A stretch of 64,000 nucleotides of DNA from a virus (lineage: Duplodnaviria > Heunggongvirae > Uroviricota > Caudoviricetes): the IMG/VR virus record IMGVR_UViG_3300002835_005179, positions 1 to 64,000 of that record; one strand, given 5' to 3'. Below, in pieces: positions 47,290 through 58,172 of the stretch (its first letter is position 1; each line of letters starts with the position of its first letter). The notes under the pieces were generated by a model. The model was not told where the DNA came from. It was given only the letters and a program-made list of their open reading frames with translations, and did no database searches. A program made the position numbers and the translations under genes.

Positions 47290-47628
47290 TTATTTTGTAA
47301 TATTAGTCAACTGGGAATCATTTGCATGCAAAATAGCATATTCTAATATCTTCTTAATTAATTTCTTGACAATTTGAATCAGAGTTTTATCATTACTGGA
47401 TACATTATTGGGAGAGTACACAACTGTCATATCAAACGTCAATATAGAAGAATCTTCTTCTTCACAAGTTATATCTGTTATTTCTATAATAGTTTCTTTA
47501 TGTTTTCCTTCATCTAATCTCAATAATATCTTTTCGTTATTGTTGTGTTCTGTAATAAAGAACGATGCTTTCATATCTGAAAATGGTACTATCTTATATG
47601 ATTCTTCTTTTTGTTTAGTATTTTTCAT
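47290..47628 (-). CDS. hypothetical protein
   Basis: 112-aa ORF between uvsX and the repeat locus. Confidence 0.45.
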   Translation of the reverse strand: MKNTKQKEESYKIVPFSDMKASFFITEHNNNEKILLRLDEGKHKETIIEITDITCEEEDSSILTFDMTVVYSPNNVSSNDKTLIQIVKKLIKKILEYAILHANDSQLTNITK

Positions 47629-47652
47629 TTATATCTCCAAAAGAAAGAGGAC

Positions 47653-48693
47653 TTAGTCCTCTTCTGCATATTCTTCCGTTGTTTCATCTTCTACAATCTT
47701 ATTAGATAACTTAAATTTATAGATAACATAATCTTGAAAAGTTTTATCTTGCATAATAGATTCCCAAAAATCTTCAGTATTTGTGGCATCTAATCGATAA
47801 TTCTTATCTTCTCCTACTTTTTGGTACCATCCATTTTTTGGCTTGATTACATGTCCCGATTCCAAAGCGAGATCCATCAATCCAGAATATTTACTAATTC
47901 CGTCATTGAATTTAACTTGAAATGTTAATTTACTCTTCTCTTTTACGAATCTAGATTTCTCAATGTTGATAGTAAAATTATAACCCACTAGATCGGTACC
48001 ATCTTTTTCTTGTGTGCGTGTTACAATAAAAATCTGATTTGCAGAATATGTCACTGATGTACCACCACCAACGACGGCTTTAGAGTAGAGCTCCATTGTA
48101 GCATAAACGTGATTTATTACAAGACAAGGAATATCTTTCATAGTAAGATGGGGAGTAATGATTCTCAACAATGATCGAATCGATTTTGCTCTGGTCATAT
48201 CTGCAACTGATTTTTCATCAACAGCATCATCTACTTCTTTCTTAGAAGAAAGCGATCCTAATGAATCAATCATGACGAATACTTTATCACCACGTTGTAT
48301 TTCATTCAATCGTTTGACTATATCAAATTTAAGTTGTTCGATATGTTCGATTGGAATATGAATGATTCTAGAAGCGTCGATTCCATACATCTCAAGATAT
48401 TCTGGTGTAATACCAAACTCAGAATCATAGAGAAGTGCTACGGAATCTTCATACTTATCAAAGTAAGCCTTCATACAATAAAGAGAAAGAAGTGTCTTGT
48501 ATGACTTTGATTGTCCGGCAACTACAGTTAAACCTGGAACTAGACCACCATTCAGATCTCCAGAAAATGCAATATTTAAGATAGGAAGTTCGGTGCTAAT
48601 GCAATCTTTAATATTGAAGAACGATGATTCGGATAAGATCTCTGCGTTTTTTACAGATCCTGCTTTTTGTAATTTGTCTAATAGTTTACTCAT
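47653..48693 (-). CDS. uvsX: RecA-like recombinase
   Basis: Walker A VVAGQSKSYKT and the RecA core. 346 aa. Confidence 0.85.
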   Translation of the reverse strand: MSKLLDKLQKAGSVKNAEILSESSFFNIKDCISTELPILNIAFSGDLNGGLVPGLTVVAGQSKSYKTLLSLYCMKAYFDKYEDSVALLYDSEFGITPEYLEMYGIDASRIIHIPIEHIEQLKFDIVKRLNEIQRGDKVFVMIDSLGSLSSKKEVDDAVDEKSVADMTRAKSIRSLLRIITPHLTMKDIPCLVINHVYATMELYSKAVVGGGTSVTYSANQIFIVTRTQEKDGTDLVGYNFTINIEKSRFVKEKSKLTFQVKFNDGISKYSGLMDLALESGHVIKPKNGWYQKVGEDKNYRLDATNTEDFWESIMQDKTFQDYVIYKFKLSNKIVEDETTEEYAEED

Positions 48694-48739
48694 TTGTTTC
48701 CTTTTGCTGTTTGATACAGGAGCTACCTGTGTTTAATAT

Positions 48740-51253
48740 TTAGTCGAAAAACGAATCAAGAGTTGATTTGTTTTCTAATGACCAAGAAATTGCATCTAAA
48801 ATAGTAGAAATAGGTTCTATAAAAGTCTTTTGAAATTGTAAATTGTAATCTATAAATTCATGTAATTTAAGTTCCGGAGGAAGAATTGAATTGAAAGAAA
48901 TTATATTCTCTCGAATCATATTCGGTTCTTTAAGATACAAGAATTTAATCTTTTCTCCTTCGTGGATCTCAGTATACTTCTTTAGAAGATCATTCTTTTT
49001 CAAGAGATTGTTGTAAACAAGTGAACCTCTTACATGTATTGGAGTTCCTTTTGTATAGATAGAAATATTAGATGAATATGTTTTTAGATTATTAACACCT
49101 CTGGGAAATGCAATATCTTCTGGAGAAAGCGAAAGAAATTCTTTTTTTACATTATCAATATATTCACGCAAATCAGACTCATTCGATTTCATGATAATTT
49201 TAATTGCTTCTTTAATTTTACCACGACAAAATTTTGGAGTTGAAGATTTAACAGCTTCAATACCCATGATTTTCATTTTTGGTTCTGAATATCTTACTCC
49301 TTCTGAATCATAAACATTTAACATATATCTTTTCTTTGCCGTCCAAATACCACGATCGGCGATCGATTCTCTCTTCATAATCATTTTCTGTGAGTATGAA
49401 TTTAGATAATCAGCTAGATCTTCATAAGAATCATTAATTATTTTCTGAAGTTGTTCTTTGCATATTTTATCTAGAAGATCAACTGTCTGTTCGTTAGTCT
49501 TATTGGGAAAGAATTTGTTTACTAGATCTTGAAGATCTAAATATGCCGAGTCCGTATCTATTGCGATAACATAATCTTTATTCGTTTTTAATATATTTCT
49601 TAGATATCCATTCAATCTATTAGAAACCCAACGAATAGCCAATTGGCCAGATACAGTAATTGATTCTGCAATTCTCTTATCTGAGAATCTAAAATATCTA
49701 TTGGCAATTGCACCATAAGCTGAATTCAATGCAATCTTCTTAGCCATCTGCAGATTCTTATACTTTGAGATATCATTCAGAATTTGCTTAGTATCTTCAC
49801 CAGTCTTATTTGCGGATTCTAAATCTTTTTCCGCTTGAATCATTTTTGACTTATAAATCTTACGTTGTTCGAACATCCAGGACATGAGCTGTGTCAAAAA
49901 TCCATCCTTATCTCTACGATACAATTGTCCTGTCGCAGACATTGAGAAATTATTTTTCTTTAAATCTGATAGATCTATCTCCTTAGATAACAATTTATCT
50001 ACAGAAATACCAGGAATAATCTTATCTATAATTGTGTCCGGAGAAAAATTCCCGCCCATAATAAGATGAGGGTACAGCGATTGTAAATCGAAAGAAACTA
50101 CCCAATTATAGAATCCAGGTCTGGGTTCTTTTACATAAGCTCCTTCAATTTCTTCTTTAATTGATTCTTGTCTTTCAGGAATAACATAACCTCTTGAAAG
50201 TAGATGATTGTAAATAATAACATCCCACATTCTAATTTGAGAGAATACGTCATCGAAATTGACTTTTGCGTCATAAGCCATAGTCATAGCCAACTCGATT
50301 AATTTCATCTTATTTTCAAGAGAAACAACTAAATCCACATCTTTCGCATTGTATTCGAGAAATTTATTATAATCTTCTTTATAAAGAAGGTGAAGAGAAC
50401 CATACTCAGAATAATCTAATTTATTTTCACCAAGTTCAACAGAAGCAATATAATCTAATTTATAAGATTCCTGAGCAGAGTAAGTGAATTTCTTATAGAG
50501 ATCTAGATAATCAAGAACAGAGATACCGAACATATCATATGTCTGGACTTTCTTACCCATAATTTCAATAGTCTCTTCACGTAAGATTTTCCATGGCGAA
50601 AGATTCTTTGCCTTGGCTTCACCAAATACACGTGTAATTCTATTGATTAGATAGGGAATATCGAAGAATTTAACGTGCCATCCCGAAACAACATCAGGAT
50701 AATTCGATTTCCAAACCTTCAAGAATTTCTCTAGTAATATCTCTTCAGATTCACAAGGAAGATATATCGCATCGGTCAAATTTCCTGTGAAATGATCAAA
50801 TCCCAATACAATCTTTTTCTCTAGATTAGAAAATTTAATTGTAATGGCATTAATTTCTTCAATGGCATTTGAAATAGAAGGAAATCCATTCTCACAAGTA
50901 CATTCGATATCTATATATGCAACCACAATATCTTCGGTTTTCCATTGTATATCACTGTTAGTGTTTTGTGATATCCATTGATATTGTGGTTGTATATTAC
51001 CATATACTGAGAAATTACCAACATCCTTATTGCGTGCGATAAATTCTCTTGTTTCTTTTACATTCCCAGCATCAAATTCAATAACAGGATATTCATCTAA
51101 GTTCTTAAATTCCGATACTGTATTTGGTGAAGAGGCAGGAATCCAGATTCTAGGATGAAAATCATTTATCCTATCTTGTTCTCGCTTCCTGTCCTCAACA
51201 TAACGAACATATAAAGTATTTCCCCAAGATTGAACATTAGTATAATATTTCAT
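48740..51253 (-). CDS. gp43: family B DNA polymerase
   Basis: Exo I YIDIE, pol motif C IAIDTDS, and motif A/B regions. 837 aa. Confidence 0.9.
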   Translation of the reverse strand: MKYYTNVQSWGNTLYVRYVEDRKREQDRINDFHPRIWIPASSPNTVSEFKNLDEYPVIEFDAGNVKETREFIARNKDVGNFSVYGNIQPQYQWISQNTNSDIQWKTEDIVVAYIDIECTCENGFPSISNAIEEINAITIKFSNLEKKIVLGFDHFTGNLTDAIYLPCESEEILLEKFLKVWKSNYPDVVSGWHVKFFDIPYLINRITRVFGEAKAKNLSPWKILREETIEIMGKKVQTYDMFGISVLDYLDLYKKFTYSAQESYKLDYIASVELGENKLDYSEYGSLHLLYKEDYNKFLEYNAKDVDLVVSLENKMKLIELAMTMAYDAKVNFDDVFSQIRMWDVIIYNHLLSRGYVIPERQESIKEEIEGAYVKEPRPGFYNWVVSFDLQSLYPHLIMGGNFSPDTIIDKIIPGISVDKLLSKEIDLSDLKKNNFSMSATGQLYRRDKDGFLTQLMSWMFEQRKIYKSKMIQAEKDLESANKTGEDTKQILNDISKYKNLQMAKKIALNSAYGAIANRYFRFSDKRIAESITVSGQLAIRWVSNRLNGYLRNILKTNKDYVIAIDTDSAYLDLQDLVNKFFPNKTNEQTVDLLDKICKEQLQKIINDSYEDLADYLNSYSQKMIMKRESIADRGIWTAKKRYMLNVYDSEGVRYSEPKMKIMGIEAVKSSTPKFCRGKIKEAIKIIMKSNESDLREYIDNVKKEFLSLSPEDIAFPRGVNNLKTYSSNISIYTKGTPIHVRGSLVYNNLLKKNDLLKKYTEIHEGEKIKFLYLKEPNMIRENIISFNSILPPELKLHEFIDYNLQFQKTFIEPISTILDAISWSLENKSTLDSFFD

Positions 51254-51285
51254 ATTACTAATTATACTATATTATTTGTTATTTG

Positions 51286-51918
51286 TCAAGTAATTTGTAT
51301 CTTAGATGAGAAGTCATTTACTTTTGCAAGCAGAGACGCACCATATCCGGAATCTAGATTAAGTCCTCTGCCACCAATTACTTGTGTTACTGCTCTATCT
51401 GCATCGGCTTGATTTGTGAATTGTATTTTTCCAGATAATCCAACCAATACAAATTTAACAGAAATAATTGCAGAAATATTTCTATCAGTTACCAACAGAT
51501 CTGGATCTTGGATAATATTGAATCCACATAGATCACCATACGTTTTATAATTTGATCTACCAGTTAATTGGATGTATCCTCTCCCACGATAAGTCCAACC
51601 ATCTCCTGGATTAACATTACCCATTCCCCTACCAATAACATTGGTATTTCCATAAATCAATTCAGCAAATTCTTGTGGATTGCATTTTATTCTTGACAAT
51701 TCTGAATCTGACAATCGATAAACCCTAGAACCAAATATAGATTTGATTCTAGAATTATCTGTTTTACAATAATTTAGATTTTCTTCTTTTGGGATTAAAC
51801 CACACTCTTTATATGCATTGGATATTATCGCTTTTTTTAAAAAATCACATTTAATACCGCAAGCTACACATGCATCTAATATTGGTTGTATAAGTTGTTT
51901 ATCCATATCTATGTCCAA
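51286..51918 (-). CDS. endolysin, glycoside hydrolase family 19 (lysozyme/chitinase-like)
   Basis: GRGYIQLTGRSNYKTYGD is the GH19 catalytic-core signature. Confidence 0.7.
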   Translation of the reverse strand: MDIDMDKQLIQPILDACVACGIKCDFLKKAIISNAYKECGLIPKEENLNYCKTDNSRIKSIFGSRVYRLSDSELSRIKCNPQEFAELIYGNTNVIGRGMGNVNPGDGWTYRGRGYIQLTGRSNYKTYGDLCGFNIIQDPDLLVTDRNISAIISVKFVLVGLSGKIQFTNQADADRAVTQVIGGRGLNLDSGYGASLLAKVNDFSSKIQIT

Positions 51919-52559
51919 AGAAATCGTCTAATCTTAATAAGACGAATTAACATTTGTTCGTCTTCTTTATCATATTTAGCTTCAATCTTTGTGATTGTTT
52001 TAAACACTTGTCTTTCTTGTTTGGTTGACCGTTTTAAAGTATAATATGTTTCTCCATCACGTTGGACTTCAACAAGATCATCTCTGAGAGTTTTGCCTTT
52101 AAATACTTCATAATAATTAGCTTCAACATATGGATCTGGTCTATTTGGTCGTGTTTCTTTCCACCAAGTATAAAGATCTAGAACTTCTTTTGCTGCTTTA
52201 GCTTGATGCACTAATTCAGTTTGATTAATCTTCCAATTCAAATATTCGATACCATCTTCTGGAGAACGAAATCTTCGAAATTTCTTGTCGAACCAAGATA
52301 ATTTTGAATACTTAGATCTATCAGTCCATGTATTCATCCATGCTTTTTCGATCTCAACGAAATCAACAAGAAGATTAAAATTAACATGTAACATACGAGT
52401 GTCGGTGTCATAATAACCTGGCTCCAACCCAGTATTTACGATATGATATCTTCTACATGTTCTGAAACGAACCCAATCCAATACCAGAATATACTTATCT
52501 TTAAGCATATAAAGAATATCTTCAATCTGTTCTTTCCAATAGTTTTTGTATTTCATCAT
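51909..52559 (-). CDS. hypothetical protein
   Basis: 216-aa ORF. Confidence 0.45.
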   Translation of the reverse strand: MMKYKNYWKEQIEDILYMLKDKYILVLDWVRFRTCRRYHIVNTGLEPGYYDTDTRMLHVNFNLLVDFVEIEKAWMNTWTDRSKYSKLSWFDKKFRRFRSPEDGIEYLNWKINQTELVHQAKAAKEVLDLYTWWKETRPNRPDPYVEANYYEVFKGKTLRDDLVEVQRDGETYYTLKRSTKQERQVFKTITKIEAKYDKEDEQMLIRLIKIRRFLWT

Positions 52560-52607
52560 GAATTCCTTCTTGTGGTTTTTAGTGAATGTATTCTATAACC
52601 ACTAAAA

Positions 52608-55600
52608 TTAAAAATTTAGTCTTAGACTTAACTGTAGTTGTCTTGAAGTTCCTAGACCAACAGTTTTATCAAGTGTTGATTGTATCGTTCCAAATACAGC
52701 TCCCTTTGTTACATCATTGTAAGATTGACCGGGTTGTAGTGTATTAGACTGACCAATTCTGGATGGAATTGCATTTGGTAATTGTGCTGGAGGATTTGTA
52801 AAATTTACATTATTAAAGATGTTATATAATTCTGTTCTGAAAATTAAATTGTATTTGTCTTTAGCATAAATCTTTTTCTGAAGAGTTAGATCTGCTTGGA
52901 AAAGCATTGGACCTCTCAACGAGTATCTAGAAGCGTTTCCAAAATATCCAGGCAACGGAACTGAGAAAGCAGCAGGATTCAAGAAAATTGTTTTATCAGT
53001 ATTTTTGATATATGACGAAACTCCTAATACATAATCAGGTCTGCGGATTTGTCTTGTTTGTCCACCACCAGGAACATTAATAACAGCTACAGAATTAGAC
53101 CCTACAGAACTATTATAGTACAATCCAGATGATTTGTCAAGAAAGATTATGTCGTTTCTTACGATTAATGGATCAAGAGGAAGACCTGATCTGGTATTGA
53201 TAACAGAACCAATCTGCCACGTTTTCCATTCATACAATCCAACAATATTTAAATTGTGACGAATATCCGCTGCATTATTACCATAATCGGTTCTCCAATT
53301 GAAAGGATTTGCAACAGTTACAGTTTCATTTGAACCACCAGATGAACCGATTGATCTTCCCCATGTATATGATACACCATAAATTAGGCCGCTCTTCGTT
53401 TTTCTGTTTAGAGTTGCCTGTAAAGCATTATAATGATCATTACCACCTGATGTTTTTACATCAACTTCAGCAAATCTATCACCAAATTGTCTCTTTACAG
53501 TTCCAGTAGGAGTTACATCTGTGATTAGATTTCCAAGTGTTCTAATGAACAAATTTCTACCAAGAGAACCAACATACGCAACAGTTAAAACATTATCTTT
53601 AATTTGTTGTTGAACTGATGCTGTATATGAATAAACAGTTTCCGGAATATTATAACCCGAAGAATAAGCTCTTGGTTGAAAACGAAGATTTGGGTCATTG
53701 ATATTGTAAGAAGCAATAATAGAAGTTGGATTAATCGGATAAGTTGTATTAGTTAGAGTCTTACTAACACGATCAGATTCAAATGGTTGGATAAGATCTT
53801 CTGGTTGTCCTGGTCCAAAATAAACACCAGTTCCTACACGAAATACAGTCTTACCATTTAGAGAATTTGGACTCCATGTTCCAGATAATCTTGGCGAAAA
53901 ATTATCTTTATTTGAACGATAGACAGGAAGATTATTTGGTAAAATGTTTCCTGTTTCTGGTGACCAATTAACTAATAGATTTCTCTTTTCCTTGAAAACT
54001 GAATAGAATTCATATCTAATTCCATAATTAACAGTAAAGTTAGAAGATGCTTTCCATTCATCTTGTATATAACCAATTAAATAATTCTGAGTAATTTCTC
54101 TTTCTCCAGTTGCTCTATTATTAAATGGAGAAGGTGCAGAAAGATCACCCAAGAATTGTATTTGAAGTGGTCGATTATTAATTAGATCTTCTACGTTTGA
54201 GAAACTATAAGTTGTTCCACCAAGACGATCTGTAAATAAACGGATAAATCTTAATTCTCCACCAAACTTAAAATTATGAGAAGAATTAATCCATGAAAAA
54301 TTATCAATCAAAGTAATTGAAGTATTAGTATAAGGTTGTCCACGACCATTTGTAGCAGAATTTGATCTTACTAGACCACCAGCAGTAGCAAATCCTGTGC
54401 TTGAACCTTGTGTTGTAATACCAGATAAAGCAACGCCACCAGTTAGATTAATTGAAATATCTGCTGGATTAAAGTTATTTACAATTGGTGCAGTTCCCCA
54501 TGCTCTTGTTTTATAAGCATTTAATCCAATCTTGGTTTCATTAATCTTCTGTGGTGTGATAATCCATTGAACATTTGCTACAGCATTTTGTGGAACCGCA
54601 GTAACATCAATAGAATTTCCAGTAACACCTAGTGGTTGAATTGACTTACCACTATCTCTGAAGTAACGGAAATATCCAGAAAGATTATCTGAAATTTTTG
54701 AATCTAATCTTAGACCAAACGAATTTTCATCTACAGTCTGTTTTCTATCAATAGCAACAATAGAAGCATTCGGATCTGTTGTTGGAATATTTCCAACTGG
54801 ATAAAGTGCTAGAAGATTTCTAACTTGTGGAACTGCTCTTGCTTTTGCTGTTTCTGATGGAACAGCTTCTCTAAACGGAACCGATTGTCTCTGTCTTAGA
54901 CCTTCATATGATGCAAACCAAAAAGTCTTATCTTGCTTTACTGGACCACCAACAGAGCCACCAAATTGATTTAGACGTAAAGGATTCTTAGCAGCATCAA
55001 AGAAATTTCTAGAATCTAATACATTATTTCTAAGATATTCAAAAACACCACCATGAATCTTATTACCACCAGACTTAGTTACAATTGTGATTTGACCACC
55101 AGTTCCTGTACCATATTCTGCTGGATAATTATTAGATTCAACACGAAATTCTTGAACATTTTCCATTGAAGATTGTAATCTAAAGAATGAAGAAATCTGC
55201 CCATTTAGATTACCCGGAGAAGCATCAATAATAGAAGATCCTTCAATTCCATCATATTTAATAGCATTTTGTTGATTAGATCTACCACTAAACTTAATAT
55301 TATCAAATGTACCACCGCCAGCAGTTGAAGCACCAGGAGCTAATAGATATAACTGTGAAATTTGTCTACCATTTAGCGGAAGATTTGAAACTTCTCTTTC
55401 AGAAACATTAACACCAATCTTCGCTGAAGATGTATCGATAGTCGTAACTTCACCACCTTCAACAATAATTTCAGTCTTAATAATTTGAGGTACTAAGATG
55501 AAATTGATACCAATAGATTCATTAACCAATAATTTAATTCCTGTTTTCTGTGTATTTGCAAAACCGGGAGCAGAAGCTTTTACATTATAAGATGAAGCAG

Positions 55601-55793
55601 GTAGATTTGTGATAATGTATTCACCAACTTCATTTGTTACCACTTCTCTTACAGATCCAGTTTTTTCATTCTGAATCTTAACAGTTGCACCAATAATTAC
55701 TTCTTCATTCTTGTCAAAAATCTTTCCTCTAATCGAAGCTTCTTGACAAAATAAGCTAGTCGTTAATAAAAATAAACTTAATAAATATTTCAT
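52608..55793 (-). CDS. TonB-dependent outer-membrane receptor with N-terminal carboxypeptidase-regulatory-like domain
   Basis: Signal peptide, then a CarbopepD_reg-like beta-sandwich (IRGKIFDKNEEVIIGATVKI...), a plug and a long beta-barrel ending in the terminal aromatic residue (...LRLNF). Phage-like AT-rich composition. Confidence 0.75.
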   Translation of the reverse strand: MKYLLSLFLLTTSLFCQEASIRGKIFDKNEEVIIGATVKIQNEKTGSVREVVTNEVGEYIITNLPASSYNVKASAPGFANTQKTGIKLLVNESIGINFILVPQIIKTEIIVEGGEVTTIDTSSAKIGVNVSEREVSNLPLNGRQISQLYLLAPGASTAGGGTFDNIKFSGRSNQQNAIKYDGIEGSSIIDASPGNLNGQISSFFRLQSSMENVQEFRVESNNYPAEYGTGTGGQITIVTKSGGNKIHGGVFEYLRNNVLDSRNFFDAAKNPLRLNQFGGSVGGPVKQDKTFWFASYEGLRQRQSVPFREAVPSETAKARAVPQVRNLLALYPVGNIPTTDPNASIVAIDRKQTVDENSFGLRLDSKISDNLSGYFRYFRDSGKSIQPLGVTGNSIDVTAVPQNAVANVQWIITPQKINETKIGLNAYKTRAWGTAPIVNNFNPADISINLTGGVALSGITTQGSSTGFATAGGLVRSNSATNGRGQPYTNTSITLIDNFSWINSSHNFKFGGELRFIRLFTDRLGGTTYSFSNVEDLINNRPLQIQFLGDLSAPSPFNNRATGEREITQNYLIGYIQDEWKASSNFTVNYGIRYEFYSVFKEKRNLLVNWSPETGNILPNNLPVYRSNKDNFSPRLSGTWSPNSLNGKTVFRVGTGVYFGPGQPEDLIQPFESDRVSKTLTNTTYPINPTSIIASYNINDPNLRFQPRAYSSGYNIPETVYSYTASVQQQIKDNVLTVAYVGSLGRNLFIRTLGNLITDVTPTGTVKRQFGDRFAEVDVKTSGGNDHYNALQATLNRKTKSGLIYGVSYTWGRSIGSSGGSNETVTVANPFNWRTDYGNNAADIRHNLNIVGLYEWKTWQIGSVINTRSGLPLDPLIVRNDIIFLDKSSGLYYNSSVGSNSVAVINVPGGGQTRQIRRPDYVLGVSSYIKNTDKTIFLNPAAFSVPLPGYFGNASRYSLRGPMLFQADLTLQKKIYAKDKYNLIFRTELYNIFNNVNFTNPPAQLPNAIPSRIGQSNTLQPGQSYNDVTKGAVFGTIQSTLDKTVGLGTSRQLQLSLRLNF

Positions 55794-55909
55794 ACATTCC
55801 TTTATTACTATTTGGTTACTTTTCTTTCATTTAAAACACGTGAACGGCAATTAATTGCCGTTCATTTTATTTATGTAATTCGTACAACATCTGATATTTC
55901 TAACATCAT

Positions 55910-56176
55910 CTAAGACAACTCATCAATTACATCTTGAATATATTTCTTAGTCTTAGAACCAACAAATCTGAAGATCTCTTCGTTACGATGATTCACGAAT
56001 ACCACTGTTGGTAGTGATTTAATCTTATATTCGATAGCAGCATTCCCATCTTCTTCAGAATCTACATCCTTCACAACAAATTCATGACTAGGATTCGATA
56101 CCTTCAATTCTTCTATGATTGGCTCTAGAGCCACACAAGCGGAACACCATTCTGCCCCAAATTTAATTATTTGCAT
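55910..56176 (-). CDS. thioredoxin/glutaredoxin-fold protein
   Basis: WCSAC active-site motif. 88 aa. Confidence 0.6.
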   Translation of the reverse strand: MQIIKFGAEWCSACVALEPIIEELKVSNPSHEFVVKDVDSEEDGNAAIEYKIKSLPTVVFVNHRNEEIFRFVGSKTKKYIQDVIDELS

Positions 56177-56213
56177 ATTAACCTTTCAAGATTAGGGGAG
56201 TTTCCTCCCCTCA

Positions 56214-56642
56214 TTATAATTCTTTGATATTGAATTTCTTCGGCTTCTTCGATTCAGGAAGAACCAATTCAAGATCAATACTCAACATACCATTTTTATA
56301 ATCAACATCTGTTACTTCGACATATTCACCTAGAGTGAATGATCTAATAAATTCTCTTTCAGCAATTCCCTTATGAACATAAGTCACACCTTCAGGAAGA
56401 GGCTTTGGTTCTGCCTTTCCTTTAACGTGCAATTGATTGTCTTCTACTGTTACTTCCAAATCTTCTGGCGCAAATCCAGCTACAGCAAAAGTGATATTGA
56501 ACTTAGAATCTTCACTCTTTGTTAGATTGTATGGAGGATAAGTGCCTGATTGTTTGGCTTGTTCATTCCAGAAAGAAGTCACGTTATCATAATTGAATAG
56601 TGGAAAAGATAGTGGATCTAATGTAATGCGTCTGTAAGTCAT
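56214..56642 (-). CDS. small heat-shock protein (Hsp20/alpha-crystallin)
   Basis: Alpha-crystallin domain (FNITFAVAGFAPEDLEVTVEDNQLHVKGK...GIAEREFIRSF). Confidence 0.8.
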   Translation of the reverse strand: MTYRRITLDPLSFPLFNYDNVTSFWNEQAKQSGTYPPYNLTKSEDSKFNITFAVAGFAPEDLEVTVEDNQLHVKGKAEPKPLPEGVTYVHKGIAEREFIRSFTLGEYVEVTDVDYKNGMLSIDLELVLPESKKPKKFNIKEL

Positions 56643-56721
56643 TGTTTTTCTCCTAGTTAAAGCGAGTAAGTTGTGAGAATCCGATAGGCATTCTCAATAC
56701 TATTTATTATACTAAAAATTT

Positions 56722-56931
56722 CTATCCATTCAAAATCCGTTTATCGGAGAAATATTGAATATTTGGTGTTGTTTGTGGGTATGTATTTGTAATTGTTGGA
56801 TATTGATTTGGATAATAATTCCAATAGTTTTTTTGTTTAGTAGAAATCTTTATCGTTCCTTCTGATTCTAATGTAACTTCTACTCCATCATCAATATGAA
56901 GTTCTATGTCATTTATCTTGATTTTTTTCAT
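56722..56931 (-). CDS. hypothetical protein
   Basis: 69-aa ORF. Confidence 0.35.
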   Translation of the reverse strand: MKKIKINDIELHIDDGVEVTLESEGTIKISTKQKNYWNYYPNQYPTITNTYPQTTPNIQYFSDKRILNG

Positions 56932-56940
56932 AATACTCCT

Positions 56941-56970
56941 ATAATGAAAATGGGAGGAACGAGTCCTCCC
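56941..56970 (-). terminator. rho-independent terminator (minus strand)
   Basis: GGGAGGA-acgag-TCCTCCC hairpin with a T-run on the minus strand. Confidence 0.55.
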
Positions 56971-56991
56971 ACCATTTTAATTGTTTTTGTT

Positions 56992-57711
56992 TTAAGCGTC
57001 TGGGAAGATAGTATCTTCTGCGTCGCCCATTGTTGCAGCAGGAACACTCATAGCAACTAGAGTTTCATATAACTTGCGATTATATCTTCCACCCATAATA
57101 ACAGTTCCAACTACACCAGTTGCTCCAGTAGAACCAATGGTAACAGTTGGGGCGGAAGTTGTATAAGACCCTCCGTTAGTTACTGTTACACTAGTTACTG
57201 CTCCAGCAGCTGAAACAACTGCAACACCAGATGCTCCACCTGTAGAGAAAACGACTGGTGGAGGTGCAGCAGGATTATATCCAGTCGCTCCTGTTGTATT
57301 TAAATTAATTTCTTTAACATAACCAGCACCTTGTACTACTTTAACCCAACCAGCATGTGCTGGACCTGGATTAATTAGAGCTCCTGTTGGACCAGTAGCA
57401 CCCATTTCTTTTGTATCTACACCAAAAGTTTGAGTTTTCTTTTCTGTTTCAGAAAGATATTTTGGCATCTCAGAAACGAAGAATCCTGTTGATCCTGATG
57501 CTAGATAGATTGAACTTTCTAATGTGATTGATGTATTGGAATTAACTGTAACGACTGCAGCTTTCTGTGTTCCTGATGCAAATAGATCGCCATTCTCAAC
57601 TTCTGTTAAGAATGTTGTATCAACACCAGTAACAGTTACTCCAGTTGCGCCGCCAGTATTTACTGATGTTCCAGACAGGAATTTAACTTCTTTATTTCCC
57701 CAAAGTGACAT
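56992..57711 (-). CDS. Gly/Thr-rich structural protein sharing a repeat motif with the sheath insertion
   Basis: SVTVTNGGSYTTSAPTVTIGSTGATG versus gp18 AVTLTNAGSGYTSAPTVGITGATG. Confidence 0.45.
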   Translation of the reverse strand: MSLWGNKEVKFLSGTSVNTGGATGVTVTGVDTTFLTEVENGDLFASGTQKAAVVTVNSNTSITLESSIYLASGSTGFFVSEMPKYLSETEKKTQTFGVDTKEMGATGPTGALINPGPAHAGWVKVVQGAGYVKEINLNTTGATGYNPAAPPPVVFSTGGASGVAVVSAAGAVTSVTVTNGGSYTTSAPTVTIGSTGATGVVGTVIMGGRYNRKLYETLVAMSVPAATMGDAEDTIFPDA

Positions 57712-57776
57712 GTATTTCTCCTTGATCCTTATAGCTATAATTGTAGGATATATATCTATTTATTAAAATTTGATAT

Positions 57777-58172
57777 TCAACCAAGGAGTTTCTTAATCCA
57801 TCCAAATCTCTTATAATCGTATGTTTTTAGACATTCCATACAATGTCGTCCTAATAATTTGGGATGAAATTTCTTTGGAACAGTTTGAATTCCACATATC
57901 CAAGCATCTTTCTCAGTATGCCAACATTTTCCTTCTTGAAAGAGAATTACGTGACCTATCTCATGTATTAACATGGACGTCATCTTTTCCCAATCCATAT
58001 TAGATTTATCTGCATAAAGAATAATATATCCATCCGAACCAGCTACACCATTTACGATTCTATCTTCTGTTTTTGTTTTTGCGTGTTCGTAATATGATGT
58101 GTCTATCTGGATAGATATATCTTCTTTATCGGTTATCCAATCAACTAATTCCTGGAATATCTTTTTCTTCAT
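57777..58172 (-). CDS. small HExxH (zincin-like) protein, paralogue of 41705
   Basis: MLIHEIGHVILFQEGKCWHTEKDAWICG. Confidence 0.4.
   Translation of the reverse strand: MKKKIFQELVDWITDKEDISIQIDTSYYEHAKTKTEDRIVNGVAGSDGYIILYADKSNMDWEKMTSMLIHEIGHVILFQEGKCWHTEKDAWICGIQTVPKKFHPKLLGRHCMECLKTYDYKRFGWIKKLLG

Noticed and set aside
52608-55793. The TonB-dependent receptor as evidence that the right end of the window is host chromosome or a prophage boundary
   Set aside because: Flanking genes on both sides are phage-type (gp43, endolysin, thioredoxin, Hsp20, guaC, dcd, pseT). Base composition and codon usage are continuous. No integrase or att-like repeats are present.
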